Shown here one piece after another: positions 30,635 through 40,366 of a stretch of 64,000 bases of DNA. Source of the stretch: an uncultured Brachyspira sp. (GTDB lineage: Bacteria; Spirochaetota; JAAYUW01); contig CAZOPR010000001.1 of NCBI GenBank assembly GCA_964581895.1, forward strand, positions 258,489-322,488, written 5' to 3'. Positions within the stretch are counted from its first letter, which is position 1. Every line of letters begins with the position of its first letter. Made by a program: the position numbers and the translations under genes. The notes under the pieces were generated by a model. The model was not told the DNA's origin and did no database searches. It saw only the letters and a program-made list of their open reading frames with translations.

Positions 30635-31680
30635 GCTTTTCCTCCAACTTTGATTCGAGGATCAAGTAAACCATATATAAAATCAAGTAAAACAAGACCC
30701 AACATAAATAAGAAAACAGATAAAGATGTGTTTCCCATGACAACCGCAAGATCATTCTGTTGAAGGGCTATCCAATATAGATTACCCATGCCAGGCCAGC
30801 TAAATATTCCTTCGAAAATTATCGCACCACCTAAAGAACCAAATAAACCTAAAATTACATTTGTTACTATTGGAGGAGCAGCAGATCGTAAAGTATGTTT
30901 ATAGAGTATTTTACTTTCTGAAAGACCTCTCGCTCTTGCAGACATTATGAAATCTTCATTCATAGTTCCAAGTACTAGCTGTCTTATAAAATAAGCACTA
31001 CCCCAGATACCAGCTATAAAAAGTGTGAAAAGAGGTAAGAACATATGATATAAAAGATCAAAAAAGTTCATAATTCCAGTTGGAGTTGGGACAGAGTGCA
31101 ACCCTCCAGAAGGTAGTAGTTTTATGGTATATGCAAAAAAGAATAAAAAAACCATCCCAAGCCACCAAAGTGGAAGACCATTACTTGCTAAAGCAAAAAA
31201 ACTAACAGTTTTATCAAGTGCTCCACCTGGTTTTCTAGCCATTTTTAAACCCATAAGGATTCCGACAAAAGTAACAATAAAAAAATCTGTTGTAAAAAGA
31301 ATAGCAGTTTTAGGAAGAGATTCTATTAATATTTTCCAGACTTCTCTATCACCTTTAGATGACCTCATAATCATAGAGTTGCCATAGTTAAAGGTAAATG
31401 CTTTATATGCATTCATAAAAACTCTAAATAGAAAAGGTCTATCAAGATAATATTTATGGATAAGCTCAGCTCTTCTTTTTGCTTTCCATTGTTCAAGTTG
31501 CTCGACATTAAATTTACCAGATTTAATTACTCGTTGAGATTCAGCTTTTAGTAAGTCATCAATATCCTGTCTTACGACTCTTTCAGCTGTATTATTAAAT
31601 ATTGCTGAAATTGCTATCAAGATGATTGCATACATTATGATAGCATTTATGAGCCTTTTAATAACATATTTTCTATACAT
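30631..31680 (-). CDS. oppB: oligopeptide ABC transporter permease OppB
   Basis: OppB/DppB-type permease with loop ..MSARARGLSESKILYKHTLRSAAPPIVTNV. Confidence 0.8.
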   Translation of the reverse strand: MYRKYVIKRLINAIIMYAIILIAISAIFNNTAERVVRQDIDDLLKAESQRVIKSGKFNVEQLEQWKAKRRAELIHKYYLDRPFLFRVFMNAYKAFTFNYGNSMIMRSSKGDREVWKILIESLPKTAILFTTDFFIVTFVGILMGLKMARKPGGALDKTVSFFALASNGLPLWWLGMVFLFFFAYTIKLLPSGGLHSVPTPTGIMNFFDLLYHMFLPLFTLFIAGIWGSAYFIRQLVLGTMNEDFIMSARARGLSESKILYKHTLRSAAPPIVTNVILGLFGSLGGAIIFEGIFSWPGMGNLYWIALQQNDLAVVMGNTSLSVFLFMLGLVLLDFIYGLLDPRIKVGGKA

Positions 31681-31763
31681 TCTTCTATCCTTTTTAGTTA
31701 ATCAAGCTCATTTGACATATTTACGCACATATATATAAAATTTCAATATTAATTTAAATTTTA

Positions 31764-31796
31764 ATAAAAAAAGGGGTGCATATAGCACCCCCTTTT
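31764..31796 (-). terminator. rho-independent terminator/attenuator between oppA and oppB
   Basis: GGGGTGC / GCACCCC 7-bp GC-rich stem with a 5-nt loop (AAGGGGTGCATATAGCACCCCCTT). On the minus strand it is followed by TTTTTTTATTAAAATT, immediately 3' of the oppA stop. Confidence 0.7.
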
Positions 31797-31809
31797 GGTA
31801 AATATTATA

Positions 31810-34320
31810 TTAGAAGAATACCAAGAATGTTGTTTCAACAGCTGGAGCTTCTGTTGTAAGTTGAGTTTCAATAACAACAAGATATGCACCAGGAGGTAAG
31901 CTAGCAGTATCCTTAGCTGGGATAACAATCTGGAATACACCAGTTTTTACTAATTTTCCAGTATAGACTTTCTCACCATTTGGAAGAACCAAAGTAGCTT
32001 TAATATTTCCTTTTGTTGCAGCTGTTGCAGCATCTGAAGGATAACCAACTATTGAAACATTAACATTAATGATGGTATCTTTTGTCTTATCTGGAGAAGC
32101 AGGAGTTTCAACTTTGTCAATTCTTGTTCTTTGTGCTACAAAGAGATTTTTCCAGTAATATGGAGTAAATGGATAAGTTGGATCTCTGAAAGCCTTCATA
32201 ACCATCTGGTTGTTTTTAGAATCATAGCTTTGCATCAAAAAAGGACCATCTGAAATAAAAGCATGTTTCTTTTCTTTGATCCATTTGATAGCAAGATCAT
32301 AGTCACTGATTACCTGAGTTAATGTTTTATAGCCAGTAATTGAAGCAGGGATGTATTTTGCAGCTTTCATCTCTTCTATCTTTGCAGCAATATCAGAAGC
32401 ACATGTTTCATCAAGAAGATCTGGTTCAGTTACTTCTTCACCACTTGGAGTAAAGCTATATACTCTTTTTGAAGCAGCTCCACCTTCAGCAACAAGTTTT
32501 GCTAAAGCTTCATAGATAGGCCAAGGTGTCAAAGGTGTCCATGCAGGAATACCACTTGAAGCAACTCTGTTTTTATCCATAGGCCAGTTGAAGTCAAAGT
32601 ATGTTGTAATGGTACCATCTTTGTTAATAACCCAACCTCTTACTGTGTCAAGACCAGGTTTTACAACACTTGCAAAAGCATCATCGTAGTACTTATCATT
32701 ATCACCATCTTTTGTAGCCCATTCCATTGAGAAAGCAAATGAATAAAGAAGATCAGCAAGACTTTCCATCTGACCATTATGATATTTAGAGAATTTGAAG
32801 GAATATGTACCTGTCGAAAAAGCTTTTACACCTTTGCCAACAGTTTTCCATTTCTTTGCACCAGAATCATAAATTATTGCATTTTCTGGAACATCAATCT
32901 GTCCAACAATATTACCATCTTTATCTTTAGCCACTTTTGTCATGACTTTTTTAAGATCCCAGTTAACTCTCCAAGGAGTATCTTCAGCAGAGTATGGAGA
33001 TTCAAAGGAACCACCATCTCTCATAGGTTCCATAAGAACACGGCTATAAACATCTGTAAAACCTTCGGTTCCAATAGGATCCCATGCACTCATAAAAAGA
33101 GCTCCACGAGCAGAATATTCTGTGAATCTCAATGTTTTTTGTTTGTTTTTATCTGGTTTTACATCAGCTGTTTTTACTGACCAGTGATTTAAGCCATCAC
33201 CAACACCATAAGCCATTCTGCTTAAGAATCTATCTTTGTTTGCTGCATAGTATTGTAGTTGTGTGCAAACCCAGATTCTTACTGAATCTTTGATACCAAG
33301 TTCAAGGGCTCTTAAATTCATATCCCAGTATTCTTTTTCATCAATAAACTGACCATTGATTGTATTTTGTGTGATATCATCTATTTCTTTGTTTTCGTAG
33401 TTCCAGTTATTTGGATCTGCACCACCAGGCATATAACCATACCATGGTGCATACATCTGAACTAATGAAATATCCCACCATCTTCTTGTTGCACCAGCAC
33501 CCCAACCTTCAGTATAAATATGCCACTGATAATCAGCAGGGTTGCTGTAATATGCTGTCATGATACATTTTCTTCTATCAAGCTCGAGTCTTTCAACTTT
33601 AATTCCAGCTTTTTCGATCTGATCAGCTATATATCTTCCTTCAAGAACTCTTCCCTGAGGGTCATCAACTCTTATTAAAAATTTGATTGAAACATCTTTT
33701 CCATCAAATTGCCAGAACTTAGGACCTTTAACAAGTCTTCCCTTATTTTCTGGAAGTTCAGCAGCTTTTTCAATAGCTGCAGTAATAGCTGCTATAGCTT
33801 TTTTTTCATCACCTTTTGCTGTCATACCAAGTTTAGATGCTATAAGATTGTATTTGTATACTCCAGGTTGACCAGGTGTCATAGGTGTAAAACATGGATC
33901 ACCATCTCCACCAAGGATTTCATCTACTATATATTTTCTGTCAATAAGCCAGTTCAAAGCATATCTGACTTCGGTGATAGCCAATGGGTTAAAAAATTCA
34001 CCATCGTTGGTTTTTACAGTGTAAGGAGCTTTGTTAGGGATAGGGTTAAGCATCAAAGACCATGAACCTGATGGAATTTTGTATACATCAAGTTTTTCTC
34101 TAACATTCGCTGGGAGTGCTTTGAAAACATTACCCTGAACACCCCAGTAAAACAGATCTGTTTTACCTTCTGCTGTGTCTTTTAAGCCAATATCTTCTTG
34201 CATTCGGACATCAACAAGGATATTGTCAACTATTGGTCCTTTAACTGTTGATTGACCAAAGGCAAAGAGCACTGCAATAAGGATAACTGAAATAATAAGC
34301 AGTGGTGATACCTTTTTCAT
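31810..34320 (-). CDS. oppA: oligopeptide-binding protein OppA (SBP family 5), unusually long (836 aa)
   Basis: Signal peptide MKKVSPLLIISVILIAVLFAFGQ followed by a family-5 SBP fold. The longest listed ORF begins with an extra upstream in-frame ATG at 34332; GGAGG 6 nt upstream favours ATG 34320. A C-terminal ~90 aa extension ends in a beta-rich segment. Confidence 0.8.
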   Translation of the reverse strand: MKKVSPLLIISVILIAVLFAFGQSTVKGPIVDNILVDVRMQEDIGLKDTAEGKTDLFYWGVQGNVFKALPANVREKLDVYKIPSGSWSLMLNPIPNKAPYTVKTNDGEFFNPLAITEVRYALNWLIDRKYIVDEILGGDGDPCFTPMTPGQPGVYKYNLIASKLGMTAKGDEKKAIAAITAAIEKAAELPENKGRLVKGPKFWQFDGKDVSIKFLIRVDDPQGRVLEGRYIADQIEKAGIKVERLELDRRKCIMTAYYSNPADYQWHIYTEGWGAGATRRWWDISLVQMYAPWYGYMPGGADPNNWNYENKEIDDITQNTINGQFIDEKEYWDMNLRALELGIKDSVRIWVCTQLQYYAANKDRFLSRMAYGVGDGLNHWSVKTADVKPDKNKQKTLRFTEYSARGALFMSAWDPIGTEGFTDVYSRVLMEPMRDGGSFESPYSAEDTPWRVNWDLKKVMTKVAKDKDGNIVGQIDVPENAIIYDSGAKKWKTVGKGVKAFSTGTYSFKFSKYHNGQMESLADLLYSFAFSMEWATKDGDNDKYYDDAFASVVKPGLDTVRGWVINKDGTITTYFDFNWPMDKNRVASSGIPAWTPLTPWPIYEALAKLVAEGGAASKRVYSFTPSGEEVTEPDLLDETCASDIAAKIEEMKAAKYIPASITGYKTLTQVISDYDLAIKWIKEKKHAFISDGPFLMQSYDSKNNQMVMKAFRDPTYPFTPYYWKNLFVAQRTRIDKVETPASPDKTKDTIINVNVSIVGYPSDAATAATKGNIKATLVLPNGEKVYTGKLVKTGVFQIVIPAKDTASLPPGAYLVVIETQLTTEAPAVETTFLVFF

Positions 34321-34524
34321 TAATTCCTCCATTTACATTCTTTTTAGTAATACTTTGTAAAAAGATATAAAAAAATTATGGTAAGACAAATATCTTTTAC
34401 AAAGTATTCCGCTTAATTTTTTTATAGTATGTAATTTCATTATGTCAAGTTTAAAATATTAAAAAAACTGGAAAATTTTAAACTTGTATAGAAAACAATT
34501 ATTTGAATTGTCAAAATCTGTTTA

Positions 34525-35658
34525 TCACATATTAAAGGATAATTCTATGATCAAAAGATCGGAAAAATTACTCATAAAACTTGACCAACAAATATGAATA
34601 GTAGAATTTTCTTGTTCAAAAATATTTTTCAAATAAGTAATTTTTAAGTTTAATGAATATGAAAATTTAAAATTTAAGGTTAGATTAAAAAAGATGTCAA
34701 AAGGATTTACTAAAAAGATACTTGAAAAATTTATTGAAAAAAATGGATCAAGACTATAGTTAAAATTTATTGAAAAAATATTGTTATTTAAAGTTAAAAG
34801 TTCGTCAAGATTTGAAATTAAATCGTATGTTGTTAAAATATTTATAAAATCTGAAAAACTAAAAACATAAGAGGTATAGTACCAGAAAATTGAAAAAGAA
34901 AAATTTGAAAAAGAATAGGAAGCTTGTATTTTGGTTTCAAAATAATTAAAAATAAGATTTGAATAGAAATGAAAACAGGAGCTTAAAAACCAGTTTAAAA
35001 CAAAAGGAAACTTTATAGAAAACCCAAACCTTGATTTTTCACTTATTTGATAGTATATCCCAAATAATTCGATTTGAAATGGATCAAAAAAATTGTAAAA
35101 ATTAAAAAGTAAGATGTTTTGAGAATTTTCAGTAAATCGGCTATCAATGTACCATTTTAGATTAAATATTGATGATTCTGATAAAAACATCTTAAAAGAA
35201 AGCTGCCATCTATTTAATGATGAATTTGCTCCAAAAAAATTTTGAAAAATAAGTCTTCCATATGGAGCAAATAGATCTATAGATATTTGTTCAATATCAA
35301 AATCACTTTTTATTCCAGCTTCAATAAATAGAAAGTCGAATGGAATTCTTAACCATAATTGATTAATATAGAAAGAGTATTTTAATTTTGTTATTTCTGA
35401 AAGTAAAAGTTCGTATTTAAAAAAATATGCACAACCATAGAATACAAAATTTTCATTATTTACCCTTAAAATTATATTTGATTTTTCCAATGCTCCAAAT
35501 GAAAAAGTATTGGTTGTATTTGAATAAAATAGTATTGAACTAAATGATTGGTTAAAAGATATTGTTTGTCCAAATGATTTAAGAGGAATAAAAAGAATTA
35601 ATATAAAAAGAATAAAAACTGGTATAAATTCTTTTTTTTCAAACTTTTTGTTTGGCAT
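34525..35658 (-). CDS. hypothetical secreted protein, probable outer-membrane beta-barrel
   Basis: Signal peptide (..FIPLKSFGQ). The remainder is Phe/Tyr/Asn/Ser-rich with alternating hydrophobic residues and an aromatic residue near the C-terminus, consistent with an OM barrel. It is the last gene of the Lol-like operon. Confidence 0.35.
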   Translation of the reverse strand: MPNKKFEKKEFIPVFILFILILFIPLKSFGQTISFNQSFSSILFYSNTTNTFSFGALEKSNIILRVNNENFVFYGCAYFFKYELLLSEITKLKYSFYINQLWLRIPFDFLFIEAGIKSDFDIEQISIDLFAPYGRLIFQNFFGANSSLNRWQLSFKMFLSESSIFNLKWYIDSRFTENSQNILLFNFYNFFDPFQIELFGIYYQISEKSRFGFSIKFPFVLNWFLSSCFHFYSNLIFNYFETKIQASYSFSNFSFSIFWYYTSYVFSFSDFINILTTYDLISNLDELLTLNNNIFSINFNYSLDPFFSINFSSIFLVNPFDIFFNLTLNFKFSYSLNLKITYLKNIFEQENSTIHICWSSFMSNFSDLLIIELSFNM

Positions 35659-35681
35659 AGCTATTTTAATTTATTCATAAT

Positions 35682-35888
35682 AGTTTATTTATTTTATTTA
35701 TCATAGTTTATTTGTTGTAGCCTATTTATTGTAGTTTACTTATTATTGTTTATTTATCATTAATTTATTTATTATAGTTTATTTGTTGTAGCTTATTTAT
35801 TTTAGTTTGCTTATTATTGTTTATTTATTATAATTTATTTTTTGTAGTTTATTTAATATAGTTTTTTTATTGTAATTTATTTATTATA
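35682..35888. repeat. higher-order tandem repeat (~71 bp x2 plus partial copies) built from 10-11 bp TAGTTTATTT sub-repeats
   Basis: Copy A is 35704-35774 and copy B is 35775-35844, about 88% identical. Partial copies lie at 35682-35703 and 35845-35888. T-tracts recur with ~10-11 bp phasing. The array sits between the stop of the LolA-like gene and the start of the downstream OM-like gene. Confidence 0.85.
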
Positions 35889-36665
35889 AAGGTATTGAAT
35901 GGTAAAAATTTTTGGATCTATTGGTATATCGAAACTCACATCAGTTATTGAGAAAATTGTTTTGTAATTTGTCTTTATTCCATCTTGGATTGTTACTTTT
36001 ACTGGGTAATATCTTGAACCAAATTTTTTTATTTCATCTGCTGTAATTGTCTTTACAAGTCTTTTAGCAAGATCATATTGCTCAGTTTTAATAGCTACAA
36101 AATCTGAATTTATAAGTAATTTTTGCATAAAATATGGAACATCTTTTGTTTTTGCTTGAAGAATTAGTTCATAAAAAATATCATTTTTTTCATAAATCTT
36201 ATTGAATGAAATAACAGAATAATCATCCAAAAGTCTTCTATTTCTTGTTATTTCTTCATTTGAAATGTCTGAACCCATAAATCCTTGTTTCATCATAGAT
36301 TTGGATATTGTTAAAACATCATCTGCTGAAGGAAAGTAAACATAAAGATTTCCATCTTTTTTTAAATATTTGACTCCATTATCCTCAGGATTTTTAAATA
36401 TAATCAAAAAACTATCCTTTTTTGCCCAACATTCAAAAGTTTTGGTAATCTTATTGTTATTTCTAACTATCTCCAATGTTCCTATATAATGAATTGATTC
36501 AAATGTTAAATTTTCATCTAATTTTTTTAATATATCCAGCTCATCTTGGAAACTTAAAAATACAAATACTATAAATGTTATGAAAAAAGAAAGAATGAGG
36601 ATTTTATTTATCTTGTAAGTTTTTTTTATTTTATTTGTTTTATTTATTTTATTAAAGTTTTTCAT
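35877..36665 (-). CDS. LolA-like outer-membrane lipoprotein-sorting protein
   Basis: N-terminal Lys-rich region with a TM/signal, then a ~200 aa domain (..FESIHYIGTLEIVRNNNKITKTFECWAKKDSFLIIFKNPEDNGVKYLKKDGNLYVYFP..) typical of the LolA_like family. That family is found next to FtsX-type ABC permeases. Confidence 0.45.
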   Translation of the reverse strand: MKNFNKINKTNKIKKTYKINKILILSFFITFIVFVFLSFQDELDILKKLDENLTFESIHYIGTLEIVRNNNKITKTFECWAKKDSFLIIFKNPEDNGVKYLKKDGNLYVYFPSADDVLTISKSMMKQGFMGSDISNEEITRNRRLLDDYSVISFNKIYEKNDIFYELILQAKTKDVPYFMQKLLINSDFVAIKTEQYDLAKRLVKTITADEIKKFGSRYYPVKVTIQDGIKTNYKTIFSITDVSFDIPIDPKIFTIQYLYNK

Positions 36666-36852
36666 AAAAAACCCCTCAATTAAAATTAATTTATATTTTA
36701 CTTATGTTTATTAAATATCTTTGCTAAATGCTTTCATCAAGTAAGTGTTTTTTCATTAAATTTATTTAATACATTTATTAAATAGATTTACTAAATCCTA
36801 AAATAGTTTTTTTTATACTAACTCTTTTAATTTTTATTTTTATCAAAATCTA

Positions 36853-38103
36853 CTATAAATGTCTCAAAGCTTCGGTAGGTAAAAGTTTTGATGCATATCT
36901 TGAAGGGATTATAGTTGCAATTGCAGGTATAACGCAAGAGATAAAAAGACTAATAAAAAATATACTTAAAGAAGCTGATGGTCTTATTACATAATTTATT
37001 AGCATACTATAGCCGCTTAAAAGCTTTGAGAAGTCAAAACCAACCTTGTTCATTAGAAAAGCAATAAAATAGCCAAAAATTGAACCAGGAACTCCACCTA
37101 AAATGCCAATAATAGTTCCCTCATAAAAATTAAGTAGAAATACTTCCTTTTTAGTCATTCCTATAGCCATTAAAGTACCAAGTTCATTTATTCTTTCAAA
37201 AATATTCATCATCATAGTATTTATTATTATGAAGGAAGCAAGAAATAGAATAAAAGCAAATACTAAGATTAAAACCTTTCTCATCATTTGCATTGTACCA
37301 TATAGTTGCCCCATACTTTCAGCAAAAGTAACAGCTTTTAAGTCAGTATCAGAAAAAGAATTGGCTAATAGATTGTTTATACTTGCAAGTACATTATCAA
37401 CATGCTTGATATCAAAAAAAATCAGCAACTGAACAAAGCTATTTTCATGAAGTTTTGCAAGTTGTTTTGCATCATTTATATCCATCAAAATGATAGATTT
37501 ATTGTAAGATCCTATTCCAAAATCCACAATCCCGGAGACTTTCACTTTTATTCCATTTAAACCACTTATGAAAGTTTTCGTAACAAGCAAAAAGGAGTCA
37601 TCAGGCTTAAGGTTTAAGTTTTTGGCAAGCTCTTTTCCAATTATTATTTTTTTATTTCCAATTTCTGGATCCCCTTCAATTTTTCTTCTTTTAACCTGAT
37701 ATTTTGCAAGTTCTTTTTCTGTTGAGATCGAATTTATGATCGCAGGAACTGAAAGTTCACCTTTACTAGCAATCCCTGCAATATTTAATCTTTCTTCATA
37801 TTCAAAATCTATTTTTTGAAAATCATTTGAAAGTTTTTTCTTCAACTTTTCTATAAAATCACTTTTATCATTATAATAAAATTCTGTTGGGAAAAATTTT
37901 TCTTGCTTAAAAAAAGATTCACTTGCTATTTTTATAGTTCCACTCTGGAAATCTATCGTTGTATCTATAAGATTTTGAAGCATCCCATCTATCCAACCCC
38001 AAGCAAGTATTATTATTATAGCTGCAAAAAAGATGCTTAAGGCAGAAAGAAATGACCTTTTTTTATTTCTTTTTATATTCAAAGTCGCAAGTTTAAATAT
38101 CAT
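36853..38103 (-). CDS. ABC transporter permease, FtsX/MacB/LolE family
   Basis: N-terminal TM, a large periplasmic domain, then three C-terminal TM helices forming the FtsX domain (..MMRKVLILVFAFILFLASFIIINTMMMNIFERINELGTLMAIGMTK..). Confidence 0.8.
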   Translation of the reverse strand: MIFKLATLNIKRNKKRSFLSALSIFFAAIIIILAWGWIDGMLQNLIDTTIDFQSGTIKIASESFFKQEKFFPTEFYYNDKSDFIEKLKKKLSNDFQKIDFEYEERLNIAGIASKGELSVPAIINSISTEKELAKYQVKRRKIEGDPEIGNKKIIIGKELAKNLNLKPDDSFLLVTKTFISGLNGIKVKVSGIVDFGIGSYNKSIILMDINDAKQLAKLHENSFVQLLIFFDIKHVDNVLASINNLLANSFSDTDLKAVTFAESMGQLYGTMQMMRKVLILVFAFILFLASFIIINTMMMNIFERINELGTLMAIGMTKKEVFLLNFYEGTIIGILGGVPGSIFGYFIAFLMNKVGFDFSKLLSGYSMLINYVIRPSASLSIFFISLFISCVIPAIATIIPSRYASKLLPTEALRHL

Positions 38104-38165
38104 AAATGCCTCTTTTTAGTTAGTTTTTATTAATTAAAATTCAACTTAATTAATTTAAATTCGGC

Positions 38166-39425
38166 TTAAATTGTTCTCAAGGCTTTTGTAACTTCAAGTT
38201 TTGCAGCCTTTTTAGCACTTGAATATGTAGAAATATATGAAACTAAAACACCTAAAATAAATGCACTTATATATCCCTTTATAGGAAATGAAGAGTATAA
38301 AACAAGAGGAAGACCAAATTCAGCTATTAAATTTATATCTACCATTGCCGCTACATTTAGTCCAACTTTTGCGAGATAATAGTTTAAAGGAATGGCAAGG
38401 ATGATTCCAAAAATAGAACCAAATAAGCCAAGGGCAAGTCCCTCATAAGAAAAGATTTTTCTTATCTCTTTTTCACTCATACCAAGTGCTTTTAATGTTC
38501 CGATTTCTTTTGTTTTCTCATGAACAGACATAATCATCGTGTTTATTATACCTATAGAGGCTATTATCAATATAAAAACTATAAAAACACCAGAAAATTT
38601 CCCTTTTGTCTTTGAGATTTCTATTATCTCTTTTCCTTCTTCCATCCAGTTACTGATGGTTGCATCTTGCAAAGATTTTTGCAAATCCATTGTATATTTT
38701 TTGACTTTTTTTAAGTCTTTTGTTTTTACCAATATATTTGTAGAAGAATCAATATTTAATGAACTTTTTGCAACACTATATGGTATTATTATGCAGGATG
38801 TATTTAAGAAAGAATCCGAAGTTATAAAAATCGAAAAAACTTTTAAATTAAGTGAATTATACATCCCATCTTTAGTCTTAAAAGAAACTATAAAATTATC
38901 ATTTTCTTTTATATTAAGCTCATTTGCAAGTGTTTTACCAATGCAAGCCGGGATGGTATCATAAAAAGTGTCGAAATCTTTCGCAAATTCTATTTTAATA
39001 TCATTGTTAAGGTAATCCATTACTTTTAATGTTTTTTCATCCTCTTCTGGATTTATTCCTATTATTCTGACAGGCGACATCCCAAAAGATTTTTCTAACA
39101 TAGCGGTAAATGTAATTCTTTTAGAAAATGCAACAATGTAATCTTTAGAATTTAAAATTTTTATTATTTCATCCTCATTTTTTAGGTTTAATATTGAAAA
39201 TTGTTCCTCTTTATTGTAACCTTCAGGATAGATTTGAATATCAGAACTTTGCATCTGGATAATACTTTCAACAGTTTGATTTGTCATCCCATCAAGCATC
39301 CCTTCAACTATGATATAGGTAAAAATACCAAAACCAAGAATTAAAAAAGTTAATATAGTCCTTGTTTTATATAAAAGTAGATTCTTTATAGACAAATTAA
39401 AAAGAAAGCTATTATCCTTTTTCAT
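38166..39425 (-). CDS. ABC transporter permease, FtsX/MacB/LolC family
   Basis: Same architecture as the downstream permease (..IINTMIMSVHEKTKEIGTLKALGMSEKEI..). Confidence 0.8.
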   Translation of the reverse strand: MKKDNSFLFNLSIKNLLLYKTRTILTFLILGFGIFTYIIVEGMLDGMTNQTVESIIQMQSSDIQIYPEGYNKEEQFSILNLKNEDEIIKILNSKDYIVAFSKRITFTAMLEKSFGMSPVRIIGINPEEDEKTLKVMDYLNNDIKIEFAKDFDTFYDTIPACIGKTLANELNIKENDNFIVSFKTKDGMYNSLNLKVFSIFITSDSFLNTSCIIIPYSVAKSSLNIDSSTNILVKTKDLKKVKKYTMDLQKSLQDATISNWMEEGKEIIEISKTKGKFSGVFIVFILIIASIGIINTMIMSVHEKTKEIGTLKALGMSEKEIRKIFSYEGLALGLFGSIFGIILAIPLNYYLAKVGLNVAAMVDINLIAEFGLPLVLYSSFPIKGYISAFILGVLVSYISTYSSAKKAAKLEVTKALRTI

Positions 39426-39608
39426 AACTATTATTTTCCTTTTAGTTATTATTTTTAAGTTTTTATCTTTTCTATTTTATCTTTTAGACTTAATATTTTT
39501 GAATATTCTTTTCTTATTCTCTTTATTTGTCATATTTTGTTTTTATATCTAATTTTCTTTTCAGTTCTTGAACCTATTTTTATCTTCCAAATTTACATAT
39601 AAAAAAAT

Positions 39609-40301
39609 CTATCCGACAATTTTCCCATCTTCCAGAATTACAAGTTGATTTGCCGCATTCATTATTTTACTATCATGGGTAGAAAAGATAAATGTAATTC
39701 CAAGTTTTTGATTTAGGTTTTTCATAAGTTCAATAATTTTTGTTCCAGTAGCATGATCAAGGTTAGCCGTAGGCTCATCGGCAAATATTACATATGGATT
39801 TTTTATAAGGGCTCTTGCAATTGCGACTCTTTGCTGTTGTCCACCAGAAAGTTCAGAAGGGAGCCTATTGAATGTCTCTTCAATACCAACTTCTTTTAGT
39901 ATAATCATAATCCTTTCTTTTCTTTCTTTCTTATCTATACCTAAAAGTGCAAGTGGTATTTCCACATTTTCATAAACAGTAAGAACAGGTATAAGGTTGA
40001 ATGTTTGAAAGATAAAACCGAACTTTTCCCTTCTAAAAATAGTTGTTTCAATATTAGAAAGAGTTGAAATATCTTTATTTTCAAAAAAGTATCTACCGCT
40101 ATCTTGTTTATCAAGACAACCTAAAATATTAAGAAGTGTTGTTTTCCCAGAACCAGAAGGTCCAACGATTCCAGTAAAACTTCCTTTACCTATTTTCAGT
40201 GAAATATCGTAAAGAGCTTGAACATTGACCTTTCCTAATTTGTATGTTTTGGAAATCTTTTCAAGTTCGATTAAATTCATAGCAACTCCTAATAATTTCA
40301 A
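39609..40301 (-). CDS. ABC transporter ATP-binding protein, LolD/MacB-type
   Basis: Walker [14 protein letters not shown]-loop, signature [15 protein letters not shown], Walker [12 protein letters not shown]. The N-terminal [27 protein letters not shown] is typical of LolD/MacB ATPases. Confidence 0.85.
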   Translation of the reverse strand: MKLLGVAMNLIELEKISKTYKLGKVNVQALYDISLKIGKGSFTGIVGPSGSGKTTLLNILGCLDKQDSGRYFFENKDISTLSNIETTIFRREKFGFIFQTFNLIPVLTVYENVEIPLALLGIDKKERKERIMIILKEVGIEETFNRLPSELSGGQQQRVAIARALIKNPYVIFADEPTANLDHATGTKIIELMKNLNQKLGITFIFSTHDSKIMNAANQLVILEDGKIVG

Positions 40302-40366
40302 TAAATAAAGTTAAAAAGAAAAAGTTAATAATTATTATAAATTTAAAAATTTCTTATTTATATAAA

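Noticed and set aside
35682-35888. Possible CRISPR array (also considered at 24944-25040 and 60730-60845)
   Set aside because: Repeat units are 10-22 bp (or 71 bp composed of sub-repeats), AT-only, and directly abutting, with no unique spacers of 30-40 bp. None has CRISPR repeat architecture.
39426-39608. Hidden small gene or RNA in the 183-bp gap between the Lol-like ATPase and permease genes
   Set aside because: The transcript strand is purine/A-rich with short AAAAGATAAAA repeats. There is no ORF with an RBS and no foldable GC-supported structure, so it is treated as a spacer.
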